From contig OZ024742.1 in NCBI GenBank assembly GCA_964016885.1, positions 4,712,001 through 4,776,000 of the forward strand: DNA of 64,000 bases, given 5' to 3'. Position 1 is the first letter of the stretch. Every line of letters starts with the position of its first letter. This DNA comes from Eledone cirrhosa (lineage: Eukaryota). The position numbers and the translations under genes are program-made. This document shows, one piece after another, positions 49,601 to 64,000 of this stretch. The notes under the pieces are model-generated. The model saw only the letters and a program-made list of their open reading frames with translations. It did not search any database and was not told where the DNA came from.

Positions 49601-52600
49601 TTTCTCTGTAGTTAGACAAAATATAGAAATGTGCTATAGTGGTCTGATATCTCTGTAGTTAGACAACATATAGTAATGTGCTATAGTGGTCTGATATCTC
49701 TCTAGTTAGACTACATATAGTAATACGCTATAGTGGTTTGATATCTCTGTAGTTAGACTACATATAGTAATGTGCTATAGTGGTTTGATATCTCTGTAGT
49801 TAGACTACATATAGTAATGTGCTATAGTGGTTTGATATCTCTATAGTTAGACTACATATAGTAATGTGCTATAGTGGTATGATATCTCTGTAGTTAGACT
49901 ACATATAGTAATGTGCTATAGTGGTTTGATATCTCTGTAGTTAGACTACATATAGTAATGTGCTATAGTGGTCTGATATCTCTGTAGTTAGACAACATAT
50001 AGTAATGTGCTATAGTGGCCTGATATCTCTGTAGTTAGACAACATATAGTAATGTGCTATAGTTGTTTGATATCTCTATAGTAAGACTATATATAGTAAT
50101 GTGCTATAGTCGTTTGATATCTCTGTAGTTAGACTACATATAGTAATGTGCTATAGTGGTTTGATATCTCTGTAGTTAGACCACATATAGTAATGTGCTA
50201 TAGTGGTTTGATATCTCTCTGGTTAGACAACATATAGTAATGTGCTATAGTGGTTTGATATCTCTGTAGTTAGACAACATATAGTAATGTGCTATAGTGG
50301 CCTGATATCTCTGCAATTAGACAACATATAGTAATGTGCTATAGTGGTCTGTTATTTCTCTGTAGTTAGACAAAATATAGAAATGTGCTATAGTGGTCTG
50401 ATATCTCTGTAGTTAGACAACATATAGTAATGTGCTATAGTGGTTTGATATCTCTGTAGTTAGACAACATATAGTAATGTGCTATAGTGGTTTGATATCT
50501 CTGTAGTTAGACAACATATAGTAAAGTGCTATAGTGGTCTGATATCTAAGTAGTTAGACAACATATAGTAATGTGCTATAGTGGTATGATATCTCTGTAG
50601 TTAGACAACATATAGTAATGTGCTATAGTGGTTTGATATCTCGTACTTAGACAACATATAGTAATGTGCAATAGTGGTTTGATATCTCTCTGGTTAGACT
50701 ACATATCCTAATGTGCTATAGGGGTCTGATATCTCTGTAGTTAGCCAACATATAGTAATGTGCTATAATGGTCTGATATCTCTGTAGGTAGTCAACATAT
50801 AGTAATGTGCTATAGTGGTCTGTTACTTCTCTGTAGTTAGACAAAATATAGTAATGTGCTATAGTGGCCTGATATCTCTGCAATTAGACAACATATAGTA
50901 ATGTGCTATAGTGGTCTGTTATTTCTCTGTAGTTAGACAAAATATAGAAATGTGCTATAGTGGTCTGATATCTCTGTAGTTAGACAACATATAGTAATGT
51001 GCTATAGTGGTCTGATATCTCTCTAGTTAGACTACATATAGTAATACGCTATAGTGGTTTGATATCTCTGTAGTTAGACTACATATAGTAATGTGCTATA
51101 GTGGTTTGATATCTCTGTAGTTAGACTACATATAGTAATGTGCTATAGTGGTATGATATCTCTGTAGTTAGACAACATATAGTAATGTGCTATAGTGGTT
51201 TGATATCTCTGTAGTTAGACAATATATAGTAATGTGCTATAGTGGCCTGATATCTCTGTAGTTAGACTACATATAGTAATGTGCTATAGTGGTCTGATTT
51301 CTCTGTAGTTAGACAACATATAGTAATGTGCTTTAGTGGCCTGATATGTCTGTAGTTAGACTACATATAGTAATGTGCTATAGTGGCCTGATATCTCTGT
51401 AGTTAGACAACATATAGTAATGTGCTATAGTGGTTTGATATCTCTGTAGTTAGACAACATATAGTAATGTGCTATAGTGGCCTGATATCTCTGTAGTTAG
51501 ACTACATATAGTAATGTGCTATAGTGGTCTGATATCTCTGTAGTTAGACTACATATAGTAATGTGCTATAGTGGTATGATATCTCTGTAGTTAGACTACA
51601 TATAGTAATGTGCTATAGTTGTTTGATATCTCTGTAGTTAGACTACATATAGTAATGTGCTAGAGTGGTTTGATATCTCTGTAGTTAGACAACATATAGT
51701 AATGTGCTATAGTGGTCTGATATCTCTGTAGTTAGACTACATATAATAATGTGCTATAGTGGTTTGATATCTCTGTAGTTAGACTACATATAATAATGTG
51801 CTAGAGTGGTTTGATATCTCTGTAGTTAGAAAACATAAAGTAATGTGCTATAGTGGTTTTATATTTCTCTGGTTAGACTACATATCCTAATGTGCTATAG
51901 TGGTCTGATATCTCTGTAGTTAGACAATATATAGTAATGTGCTATAGTGGTCTGATATCTCTGTAGCTAGACAACATATAGTAATGTGCTATAGTGGCCT
52001 GATATCTCTGTAGTTAGACTACATATAGTAATGTGCTATAGTGGTTTGATATCTCTGTAGTAAGACTACATATAGTAATGTGCTATAGTGGTATGATATC
52101 TCTGTAGTTAGACTACATATTGTAATGTGCTATAGTGGTTTGATATCTCTGTAGTTAGACTACATATAGTAATGTGCTATAGTGGTATGATATCTCTGTA
52201 GTTAGACCACATATAGTAATGTGCTATAGTGGTTTGATATCTCTGTAGTTAGACTACATATAGTAATGTGCTAGAGTGGTTTGATATCTCTGTAGTTAGA
52301 CAACATATAATAATGTGCTATAGTGGTCTGATATCTCTGTAGTTAGACTACATATAATAATGTGCTAGAGCGGTTTGATATCTCTGTAGTTAGAAAACAT
52401 AAAGTAATGTGCTATAGTGGTTTGATATCTCTCTGGTTAGACAACATATAGTAATGTGCTATATTGGTTTGATATCTCTGTAGTTAGACAACATATAGTA
52501 ATGTGCTATAGTGGCCTGATATCTCTGCAATTAGACAACATATAGTAATGTGCTATAGTGGTCTGTTATTTCTCTGTAGTTAGACAAAATATAGAAATGT

Positions 52601-55600
52601 GCTATAGTGGTCTGATATCTCTCTAGTTAGACTACATATAGTAATACGCTATAGTGGTTTGATATCTCTGTAGTTAGACTACATATAGTAATGTGCTATA
52701 GTGGTTTGATATCTCTGTAGTTAGACTACATATAGTAATGTGCTATAGTGGTATGATATCTCTGTAGTTAGACAACATATAGTAATGTGCTATAGTGGTT
52801 TGATATCTCTGTAGTTAGACAACATATAGTAATGTGCTATAGTGGTTTGATATCTCTGTAGTTAGACAACATATAGTAAAGTGCTATAGTGGTCTGATAT
52901 CTCTGTAGTTAGACAACATATAGTAATGTGCTATAGTGGTATGATATCTCTGTAGTTAGACAAGATATAGTAATGTGCTATAGTGGTCTGATATCTCTGT
53001 AGTTAGACTACATATAATAATGTGCTAGAGTGGTTTGATATCTCTGTAGTTAGAAAACATAAAGTAATGTGCTATAGTGGTTTGCTATCTCTCTGGTTAG
53101 ACTACATATCCTAATGTGCTATAGTGGTCTTATATCTCTGTAGTTAGACAACATATAGTAATGTGCTATATTGGTCTGATATCTCTGTAGTTAGACAACA
53201 TATAGTGACGTGCTATAGTGGCCTGATATCTCTGTAGTTAGACTACATATAGTAATGTGCTATAGTGGTTTGATATCTCTGTAGTTAGACTACATATAGT
53301 AATGTGCTATAGTCGTATGATATCTCTGTAGTTAGACTACATATAGTAATGTGCTATAGTGGTTTGATATCTCTGTAGTTAGACTACATATAGTAATGTG
53401 CTATAGTGGTATGATATCGCTGTAGTTAGACTACATATAGTAATGTGCTATAGTGGTTTGATATCTCTATAGTTAGACTACATATAGTAATGTGCTATAG
53501 TGGTCTGATATCTCTGTAGTTAGACAACATATAGTAATGTGCTATAGTGGCCTTATATCTTTGTAGTTAGACAACATATAGTAATGTGCTATAGTTGTTT
53601 GATATCACTGTAGTTAGACTACATATAGTAATGTGCTATAGTGGTCTGATATCTCTGTAGTTAGACAACATATAGTAATGTGCTATAGTGGCCTGATAAC
53701 TCTGTAGTTAGACAACATATAGTAATGTGCTATAGTTGTTTGATATCTCTGTAGTTAGACTACATATAGTAATGTGCTATAGTGGTTTGATATCTCTGTA
53801 GTTAGACTACATATAGTAATTTGCTATAGTGGTTTGATATCTCTGTAGTTAGACTACATATAATAATGTGCTATACTGGTATGATATCTCTGTAGTTAGA
53901 CAACATATAATAATGTGCTATAGTGGTTTGATATCTCTGTAGTTAGACAACATATAGTAATGTGCTATAGTGGCCTGATATCTCTGCAATTAGACAACAT
54001 ATAGTAATGTGCTATAGTGGTCTGTTATTTCTCTGTAGTTAGACAAAATATAGAAATGTGCTATAGTGGTCTGATATCTCTGTAGTTAGACTACATATAA
54101 TGATGTGCTAGAGTGGTTTGATATCTCTGTAGTTAGAAAACATAAAGTAATGTGCTATAGTGGTTTGATATCTCTCTGGTTAGACTACATATCCTAATGT
54201 GCTATAGTGGTCTGATATCTCTGTAGTTAGACAACATATAGTAATGTGCTATAGTGGTCTGATATCTCTGTAGTTAGACAACATATAGTAATGTGCTATA
54301 GTGGCCTGATATCTCAGTAGTTAGACTACATATAGTAATGTGCTATAGTTGTTTGATATCTCTGTAGTTAGACTAAATATAGTAATGTGCTATAGTGGTC
54401 TGATATCTCTGTAGTTAGACAACATATAGTAATGTGCTATAGTGGCCTGATATCTCTGTAGTTAGACAACATATAGTAATGTGCTATAGTTGTTTGATAG
54501 CTCTGTAGTTAGACTACATATAGTAATGTGCTATAGTGGTTGATATCTCTGTAGTTAGACTACATATAGTAATGAGGTATAGTGGTTTGATATCTCTGTA
54601 GTTAGACTACATATAGTAATGTGCTATAGTGGTATGATATCTCTGTAGTTAGACAACATATAGTAATGTGCTATAGTGGTTTGATATCTCTGTAGTTAGA
54701 CAACATATAGTAAAGTGTTATAGTGGCCTGATATCTCTGTAGTTAGACTACATATAGTAATGTGCTATAGTGGTCTGATATCTCTGTAGTTAGACAACAT
54801 ATAGTAATGTGCTATAGTGGTCTGATTTCTTTGTAGTTAGACAACATATAGTAATGTGGTATAGTGGCCTGATATCTCTGTACTTAGACTACATATAGTA
54901 ATGTGCTATAGTGGTCTGACTTCTCTGTAGTTAGACTACATATAGTAATGTGCTATAGTGGCCTGATATCTCTCTAGTTAGACTACATATAGTAATGTGC
55001 TATAGTGGCCTGATATCTCTGTAGTTAGACAACATATAGTAATGTGCTATAGTGGTTTGATATTTCTGTAGTTAGACAACATATAGTAATGTGCTATAAT
55101 TGCCTGATATCTCTGCAATTAGACAACATATAGTAATGTGCTATAGTGGTCTGTTATTTCTCTGTAGTTAGACAAAATATAGAAATGTGCTATAGTGGTC
55201 TGATATCTCTCTAGTTAGACTACATATAGTAATACGCTATAGTGGTTTGATATCTCTGTAGTTAGACTACATATAGTAATGTGCTATAGTGGTCTGATAG
55301 CTCTGTAGTTAGACAACATATAGTAATGTGCTATCGTGGTCTGATTTCTCTGTAGTTAGACAACATATAGCAATGTGGTATAGTGGCCTGATATCTCTGT
55401 AGTTAGACTACATACAGTAATGTGCTATAGTGGTCTGATTTCTCTGTAGTTAGACAACATATAGTAATGTGCTATAGTGGCCTGATATGTCTGTAGTTAG
55501 ACTACATATAGTAATGTGCTATAGTGGTCTGATATCCCTGTAGTTAGACAACATATAGTAATGTGCTATAGTGGTTTGATATCTCTGTAGTTAGACTACA

Positions 55601-58600
55601 TATAGTAATGTGCTATAGTGGTCTGATATCTCTGTAGTTAGACAACGTATAGTAATGTGCTATAGTTGTTTGATATTTCTATAGTTAGACTACATATAAT
55701 AATGTGCTATAGTGCTTTGATATCTCTGTAGTTAGACTACATATAGTAATGTGCTATAGTGGTTTGATATCTCTGTAGTTAGACTACATATAGTAATCTG
55801 CTATAGTGGTATGATATCTCTGTAGTTAGACTACATATAGTAATGTGCTATAGTGGTATGATATCTCTGTAGTTAGACTACATATAGTAATGTGCTATAG
55901 TGGTTTGATATCTCTGTAGTTAGACTACATGTTGTGATGTGCTAGAGTGGATTGATATCTCTCTAGTTAGACTTCATATAGTAATGTGCTATAGAGGCCT
56001 GATATCTCTGTAATTAGACTACATATAGTAATCTGCTATAGTGGTCTGATATCTCTGTAGTTAGACTACATATAATAATGTGCTAGAGTGGTTTGATATC
56101 TCTGTAGTTAGACAACATATAGTAATGTGCTATAGTGGTATGATATCTCTGTAGTTAGACTACATATAGTAATGTGCTATAGTGGTATGATATCTCAGTA
56201 GTTAGACTACATATAGTAATGTGCTATAGTGGTTTGATATCTCTGTAGTTAGACTACATATAGTAATGTGCTATAGTGGTATGATATCTCTGTAGTTAGA
56301 CTACATGTAGTAATATGCTATAGTGGTTTGATATCTCTGTAGTTAGACTACATGTTGTAATGTGCTAGAGTGGTTTGATATCTCTCTAGTTAGACTACAT
56401 ATAGTAATGTGCTATAGTGGCCTGATATCTCTGTAGTTAGACTACATATAGTAATCTGCTATAGTGGTCTGATATCTCTGTAGTTAGACTACAGATAATA
56501 ATGTGCTAGAGTGGTTTGATATCTCTCTGGTTAGACTACATATCCTAATGTGCTATAGTGGTCTGATATCTCTGTAGTTAGACAACATATAGTAATGTGC
56601 TATAGTGGTCTGATATCTCTGTAGTTAGACAACATATAGTAACGTGCTATAGTGGCCTGATATCTCTGTAGTTAGACTACATATAGTAACGTGCTATAGT
56701 GGTTTGATATCTCTGTAGTTAGACTACATATAGTAATGTGCTATAGTTGTTTGATATCTCTGCAGTTAGACTACATATCCTAATGTGCTATAGTGGTCTG
56801 ATATCTCTGTAGTTAGACAACATATAGTAATGTGCTATAGTGGTCTGATATCTCTGTAGTTAGACAACATATAGTAACGTGCTATAGTGGCCTGATATCT
56901 CTGTAGTTAGACTACATATAGTAACGTGCTATAGTGGTTTGATATCTCTGTAGTTAGACTACATATAGTAATGTGCTATAGTTGTTTGATATCTCTGTAG
57001 TTAGACAACATATAGTAACGTGCTATAGTGGCCTGATATCTCTGTAGTTAGACTACATATAGTAACGTGCTATAGTGGTTTGATATCTCTGTAGTTAGAC
57101 TACATATAGTAATGTGCTATAGTTGTTTGATATCTCTGCAGTTAGACTACATATAGTAATGTGCTATAGTGGTTTGATATCTCTGTAGTTAGACTACATA
57201 TAGTAATGTGCTATAGTGGTTTGATATCTCTGTAGTTAGACAACATATAATAATGTGCTATAGTGGTTTGATATCTCTGTAGTTAGACAACATATAGTAA
57301 TGTGCTATAGTGGTTTGATATCTCTGTAGTTAGACAACATATAGTAAAGTGCTATAGTGGCCTGATATCTCTGTAGTTAGACTACATATAGTAATGTGCT
57401 ATAGTGGCCTGATATCTCTGCAATTAGACAACATATAGTAATGTGCTATAGTGGTCTGTTATTTCTCTGTAGTTAGACAAAATATAGAAATGTGCTATAG
57501 TGGTCTGATATCTCTCTAGTTACACTACATATAGTAATGTGCTATAGTGGTCTGATATCTCTGTAGTTAGAAAACATAAAGTAATGTGCTATAGTGGTTT
57601 GATATCTCTCTGGTTAGACTACATATCCTAATGTGCTATAGTGGTCTGATATCTCTGTAGTTAGACAACATATAGTAATGTGCTATAGTGGTCTGATATC
57701 TCTGTAGTTAGACAACATATAGTAATGTGCTATAGTGGCCTGATATCTCAGTAGTTAGACTACATATAGTAATGTGCTATAGTTGTTTGATATCTCTGTA
57801 GTTAGACTAAATATAGTAATGTGCTATAGTGGTCTGATATCTCTGTAGTTAGACAACATATAGTAATGTGCTATAGTGGCCTGATATCTCTGTAGTTAGA
57901 CAACATATAGTAATGTGCTATAGTTGTTTGATATCTCTGTAGTTAGACTACATATAGTAATGTGCTATAGTGGTTGATATCTCTGTAGTTAGACTACATA
58001 TAGTAATGTGCTATAGTGGTATGATATCTCTGTAGTTAGACAACATATAGTAATGTGCTATAGTGGTTTGATATCTCTGTAGTTAGACAACATATAGTAA
58101 AGTGCTATAGTGGCCTGATATCTCTGTAGTTAGACTACATATAGTAATGTGCTATAGTGGTCTGATATCTCTGTAGTTAGACAACATATAGTAACGTGCT
58201 ATAGTGGTCTGATTTCTTTGTAGTTAGACAACATATAGTAATGTGCTATAGTGGCCTGATATCTCTGTAGTTAGACTACATATAGTAATGTGCTATAGTG
58301 GTCTGACTTCTCTGTAGTTAGACTACATATAGTAATGTGCTATAGTGGTTTGATATTTCTGTAGTTAGACAACATATAGTAATGTGCTATAATTGCCTGA
58401 TATCTCTGCAATTAGACAACATATAGTAATGTGCTATAGTGGTCTGTTATTTCTCTGTAGTTAGACAAAATATAGAAATGTGCTATAGTGGTCTGATATC
58501 TCTCTAGTTAGACTACATATAGTATTACGCTATAGTGGTTTGATATCTCTGTAGTTAGACAACATATAGTAATGTGCTATAGTGGTTTGATATCTATGTA

Positions 58601-61600
58601 GTTAGACTACATATAGTAATGTGCTATAGTGGTATGATATCTCTGTAGTTAGACAACATATAGTAATGTGCTATAGTGGTTTGATATCTCTGTAGTTAGA
58701 CTACATATAATAATGTGCTGTACTGGTATGATATCTCTGTAGTTAGACAACATATAATAATGTGCTATAGTGGTTTGATATCTCTGTAGTTAGACAACAT
58801 ATAGTAATGTGCTATAGTGGCCTGATATCTCTGCAATTAGACAACATATAGTAATGTGCTATAGTGGTCTGTTATTTCTCTGTAGTTAGACAAAATATAG
58901 AAATGTGCTATAGTGGTCTGATATCTCTCTAGTTAGACTACATATAGTAATGTGCTATAGTGGTCTGATATCTCTGTAGTTAGAAAACATAAAGTAATGT
59001 GCTATAGTGGTTTGATATCTCTCTGGTTAGACTACATATCCTAATGTGCTATAGTGGTCTGATATCTCTGTAGTTAGACAACATATAGTAATGTGCTATA
59101 GTGGTCTGATATCTCTGTAGTTAGACAACATATAGTAATGTGCTATAGTGGCCTGATATCTCAGTAGTTAGACTACATATAGTAATGTGCTATAGTTGTT
59201 TGATATCTCTGTAGTTAGACTACATATAGTAATGTGCTATAGTGGTTGATATCTCTGTAGTTAGACTACATATAGTAATGTGCTATAGTGGTATGATATC
59301 TCTGTAGTTAGACAACATATAGTAATGTGCTATAGTGGTTTGATATCTCCGTAGTTAGACAACATATAGTAAAGTGCTATAGTGGCCTGATATCTCTGTA
59401 GTTAGACTACATATAGTAATGTGCTATAGTGGTCTGATATCTCTGTAGTTAGACAACATATAGTAATGTGCTATAGTGGTCTGATTTCTTTGTAGTTAGA
59501 CAACATATAGTAATGTGCTATAGTGGCCTGATATCTCTGTAGTTAGACTACATATAGTAATGTGCTATAGTGGTCTGACTTCTCTGTAGTTAGACTACAT
59601 ATAGTAATGTGCTATAGTGGTTTGATATTTCTGTAGTTAGACAACATATAGTAATGTGCTATAATTGCCTGATATCTCTGCAATTAGACAACATATAGTA
59701 ATGTGCTATAGTGGTCTGTTATTTCTCTGTAGTTAGACAAAATATAGAAATGTGCTATAGTGGTCTGATATCTCTCTAGTTAGACTACATATAGTATTAC
59801 GCTATAGTGGTTTGATATCTCTGTAGTTAGACAACATATAGTAATGTGCTATAGTGGTTTGATATCTCTGTAGTTAGACTACATATAGTAATGTGCTATA
59901 GTGGTATGATATCTCTGTAGTTAGACAACATATAGTAATGTGCTATAGTGGTTTGATATCTCTGTAGTTAGACAACATATAGTAATGTGCTGTAGTGGCC
60001 TGATATCTATGTAGTTAGACTACATATAGTAATGTGCTATAGTGGTCTGATAGCTCTGTAGTTAGACAACATATAGTAATGTGCTATAGTGGTCTGATTT
60101 CTCTGTAGTTAGACAACATATAGCAATGTGGTATAGTGGCCTGATATCTCTGTAGTTAGACTACATACAGTAATGTGCTATAGTGGTCTGATTTCTCTGT
60201 AGTTAGATAACATATAGTAATGTGCTATAGTGGCCTGATATGTCTGTAGTTAGACTACATATAGTAATGTGCTATAGTGGTCTGATATCTCTGTAGTTAG
60301 ACAACATACAGTAATGTGCTATAGTGGTCTGATTTCTCTGTAGTTAGACAACATATAGTATTGTGCTATAGTGGCCTGATATGTCTGTAGTTAGACTACA
60401 TATAGTAATGTGCTATAGTGGTCTGATATCTCTGTAGTTAGACAACATATAGTAATGTGCTATAGTGGTTTGATATCTCTGTAGTTAGACAACATATAGT
60501 AATGTGCTATAGTGGCCTGATATCTCTGTAGTTAGACTACATATAGTAATGTGCTATAGTGGTCTGATATGTCTGTAGTTAGACAACATATAGTAATGTG
60601 CTATAGTTGTTTGATATTTCTATAGTTAGACTACATATAGTAATGTGCTATAGTGGTTTGATATCTCTGTAGTTAGACTACATATAGTAATGTGCTATAG
60701 TGGTATGATATCTCTGTAGTTAGACTACATATAGTAATGTGCTATAGTGATTTGATATCTCTGTAGTTAGACTACATATAGTAATGTGCTATAGTGGTAT
60801 GATATCTCTGTAGTTAGACTACATGTAGTAATATGCTATAGTGGTTTGATATCTCTGTAGTTAGACTACATGTTGTAATGTGCTAGAGTGGTTTGATATC
60901 TCTCTAGTTAGACTACATATAGTAATGTGGTATAGTGGCCTGATATCTCTGTAGTTAGACTACATATAGTAATCTGCTATAGTGGTCTGATATCTCTGTA
61001 GTTAGACTACAGATAATAATGTGCTAGAGTGGTTTGATATCTCTGTAGTTAGACAACATATAGTAATGTGCTATAGTAGTATGATATCTCTGTAGTTAGA
61101 CTACATATAGTAATGTGCTATAGTGGTTTGATATCTCTCTGGTTAGACTACATATCCTAATGTGCTATAGTGGTCTGATATCTCTGTAGTTAGACAACAT
61201 ATAGTAATGTATTATAGTGGTCTGATATCTCTGTAGTTAGACAACATATAGTAACGTGCTATAGTGGCCTGATATCTCTGTAGTTAGACTACATATAGTA
61301 ACGTGCTATAGTGGTTTGATATCTCTGTAGTTAGACTACATATAGTAATGTGCTCTAGTGGTATGATATCTCTGTAGTTAGACTACATATAGTAATGTGC
61401 TATAGTGGTTTGATATCTCTGTAGTTAGACTACATATAGTAATGTACTATAGTGGTATGATATCTCAGTAGTTAGACTACATATAGTAATGTGCTATAGT
61501 GGTTTGATATCTCTGTAGTTAGACTACATATAGTAATGTGCTAGAGTGGTTTGATATCTCTGTAGTTAGACAACATATAGTAATGTGCTATAGTGGTCTG

Positions 61601-64000
61601 ATATCTCTGTAGTTAGCCTACATATAATAATGTGCTATAGTGGTTTGATATCTCTCTGGTTAGACTACATATCCTAATGTGCTATAGTGGTCTGATATCT
61701 CTGTAGTTAGACAACATATAGCAATGTGGTATAGTGGCCTGATATCTCTGTAGTTAGACTACATACAGTAATGTGCTATAGTGGTCTGATTTCTCTGTAG
61801 TTAGACAACATATAGTAATGTGCTATAGTGGCCTGATATGTCTGTAGTTAGACTACATATAGTAATGTGCTATAGTGGTCTGATATCTCTGTAGTTAGAC
61901 AACATATAGTAATGTGCTATAGTGGTTTGATATCTCTGTAGTTAGACAACATATAGTAATGTGCTATAGTGGCCTGATATCTCTGTAGTTAGACTACATA
62001 TAGTAATGTGCTATAGTGGTCTGATATCTCTGTAGTTAGACAACATATAGTAATGTGCTATAGTTGTTTGATATTTCTATAGTTAGACTACATATAGTAA
62101 TGTGCTATAGTGGTTTCATATCTCTGTAGTTAGACTACATATAGTAATGTGCTATAGTGGTTTGATATCTCTGTAGTTAGACTACATATAGTAATGTGCT
62201 ATAGTGGTATGATATCTCTGTAGTTAGACTACATATAGTAATGTGCTATAGTGGTTTGATATCTCTGTAGTTAGACTACATATAGTAATGTGCTATAGTG
62301 GTATGATATCTCTGTAGTTAGACTACATATAATGATGTGCTAGAGTGGTTTGCTATCTCTGTAGTTAGAAAACATAAAGTAATGTGCTATAGTGGTTTGA
62401 TATCTCTCTGGTTAGACTACATATCCTAAGGTGCAATAGTGGTCTGATATCTCTGTAGTTAGACAACATATAGTAATGTGCTATAGTGGTCTGATATCTC
62501 TGTAGTTAGACAACATATAGTAATGTGCTATAGTGGCCTGATATCTCAGTAGTTAGACTACATATAGTAATGTGCTATAGTTGTTTGATATCTCTGTAGT
62601 TAGACTAAATATAGTAATGTGCTATAGTGGTCTGATATCTCTGTAGTTAGACAACATATAGTAATGTGCTATAGTGGCCTGATACCTCTGTAGTTAGACA
62701 ACATATAGTAATGTGCTATAGTTGTTTGATATCTCTGTAGTTAGACTACATATAGTAATGTGCTATAGTGGTTGATATCTCTGTAGTTAGACTACATATA
62801 GTAATGAGGTATAGTGGTTTGATATCTCTGTAGTTAGACTACATATAGTAATGTGCTATAGTGGTATGATATCTCTGTAGTTAGACAACATATAGTAATG
62901 TGCTATAGTGGTTTGATATCTCTGTAGTTAGACAGCATATAGTAAAGTGTTATAGTGGCCTGATATCTCTGTAGTTAGACTACATATAGTAATGTGCTAT
63001 AGTGGTCTGATATCTCTGTAGTTAGACAACATATAGTAATGTGCTATAGTGGTCTGATTTCTTTGTAGTTAGACAACATATAGTAATGTGCTATAGTGGC
63101 CTGATATCTCTGTAGTTAGACTACATATAGTAATGTGCTATAGTGGTCTGACTTCTCTGTAGTTAGTCTACATATAGTAATGTGCTATAGTGGCCTGATA
63201 TCTCTCTAGTTAGACTACATATAGTAATGTGCTATAGTGGCCTGATATCTCTGTAGTTAGACAACATATAGTAATGTGCTATAGTGGTTTGATATTTCTG
63301 TAGTTAGACAACATATAGTAATGTGCTATAGTGGCCTGATATGTCTGTAGTTAGACTACATATAGTAATGTGCTATAGTGGTCTGATATCTCTGTAGTTA
63401 GACTACATATAGTAATACGCTATAGTGGTTTGATATCTCTGTAGTTAGACTACATATAGTAGTGTGCTATAGTGGTCTGATATCTCTGTAGTTAGACAAC
63501 ATATAGTAATGTGCTATAGTGGTCTGATATCTCTCTAGTTAGACTACATATAGTAATACGCTATAGTGGTTTGATATCTCTGTAGTTAGACTACATATAG
63601 TAGTGTGCTATAGTGGTCTGATAGCTCTGTAGTTAGACAACATATAGTAATGTGCTATAGTGGTCTGATTTCTCTGTAGTTAGACAACATATAGCAATGT
63701 GGTATAGTGGCCTGATATCTCTGTAGTTAGACTACATACAGTAATGTGCTATAGTGGTCTGATTTCTCTGTAGTTAGACAACATATAGTAATGTGCTATA
63801 GTGGCCTGATATGTCTGTAGTTAGACTACATATAGTAATGTGCTATAGTGGTCTGATATCTCTGTAGTTAGACAACATATAGTAATGTGCTATAGTGGTT
63901 TGATATCTCTGTAGTTAGACAACATATAGTAATGTGCTATAGTGGCCTGATATCTCTGTAGTTAGACTACATATAGTAATGTGCTATAGTGGTCTGATAT
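46683..64000. repeat. 47-bp satellite DNA array (~370 monomers, running off the window end)
   Basis: Consensus TAGTTAGAC(T/A)ACATATAGTAATGTGCTATAGTGG(TT/TC/CC/TA)TGATATCTCTG. The first monomers start at 46683 and 46730. Confidence 0.98.

Noticed and set aside
46683-64000. CRISPR array interpretation of the 47-bp repeat
   Set aside because: Monomers are contiguous with no unique spacers, there are no cas genes, and the context is eukaryotic repeat DNA.

Overview
Gene-free, AT-rich, repeat-dominated animal genomic DNA. The abundant tRNA-derived SINE families resemble, from memory and not from a search, those of octopus/coleoid cephalopods. No host protein-coding gene is supported, and most listed ORFs are microsatellite translations. 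Positions 1-46.7 kb are a mosaic of decayed mobile elements: non-autonomous Helitrons and an internally deleted Rep/Pif1 Helitron; at least four Penelope-like retroelements (PLEs) with terminal repeats and fold-backs; two R4/Dong-like RLE non-LTR fragments in a (CATA)n tract; RTE-type LINE ends; a mariner end; and many SINEs. About 15 minimal type-I hammerhead ribozyme motifs of several unrelated sequence families occur, mostly in short modules bounded by (TA)n, including U3-A8 core variants with palindromic stem/loop III. There is also a 1.29-kb near-perfect palindrome. From 46,683 to the window end is a 47-bp satellite (~370 monomers) with internal higher-order duplications. All calls are by eye, and the boundaries of decayed elements are approximate.
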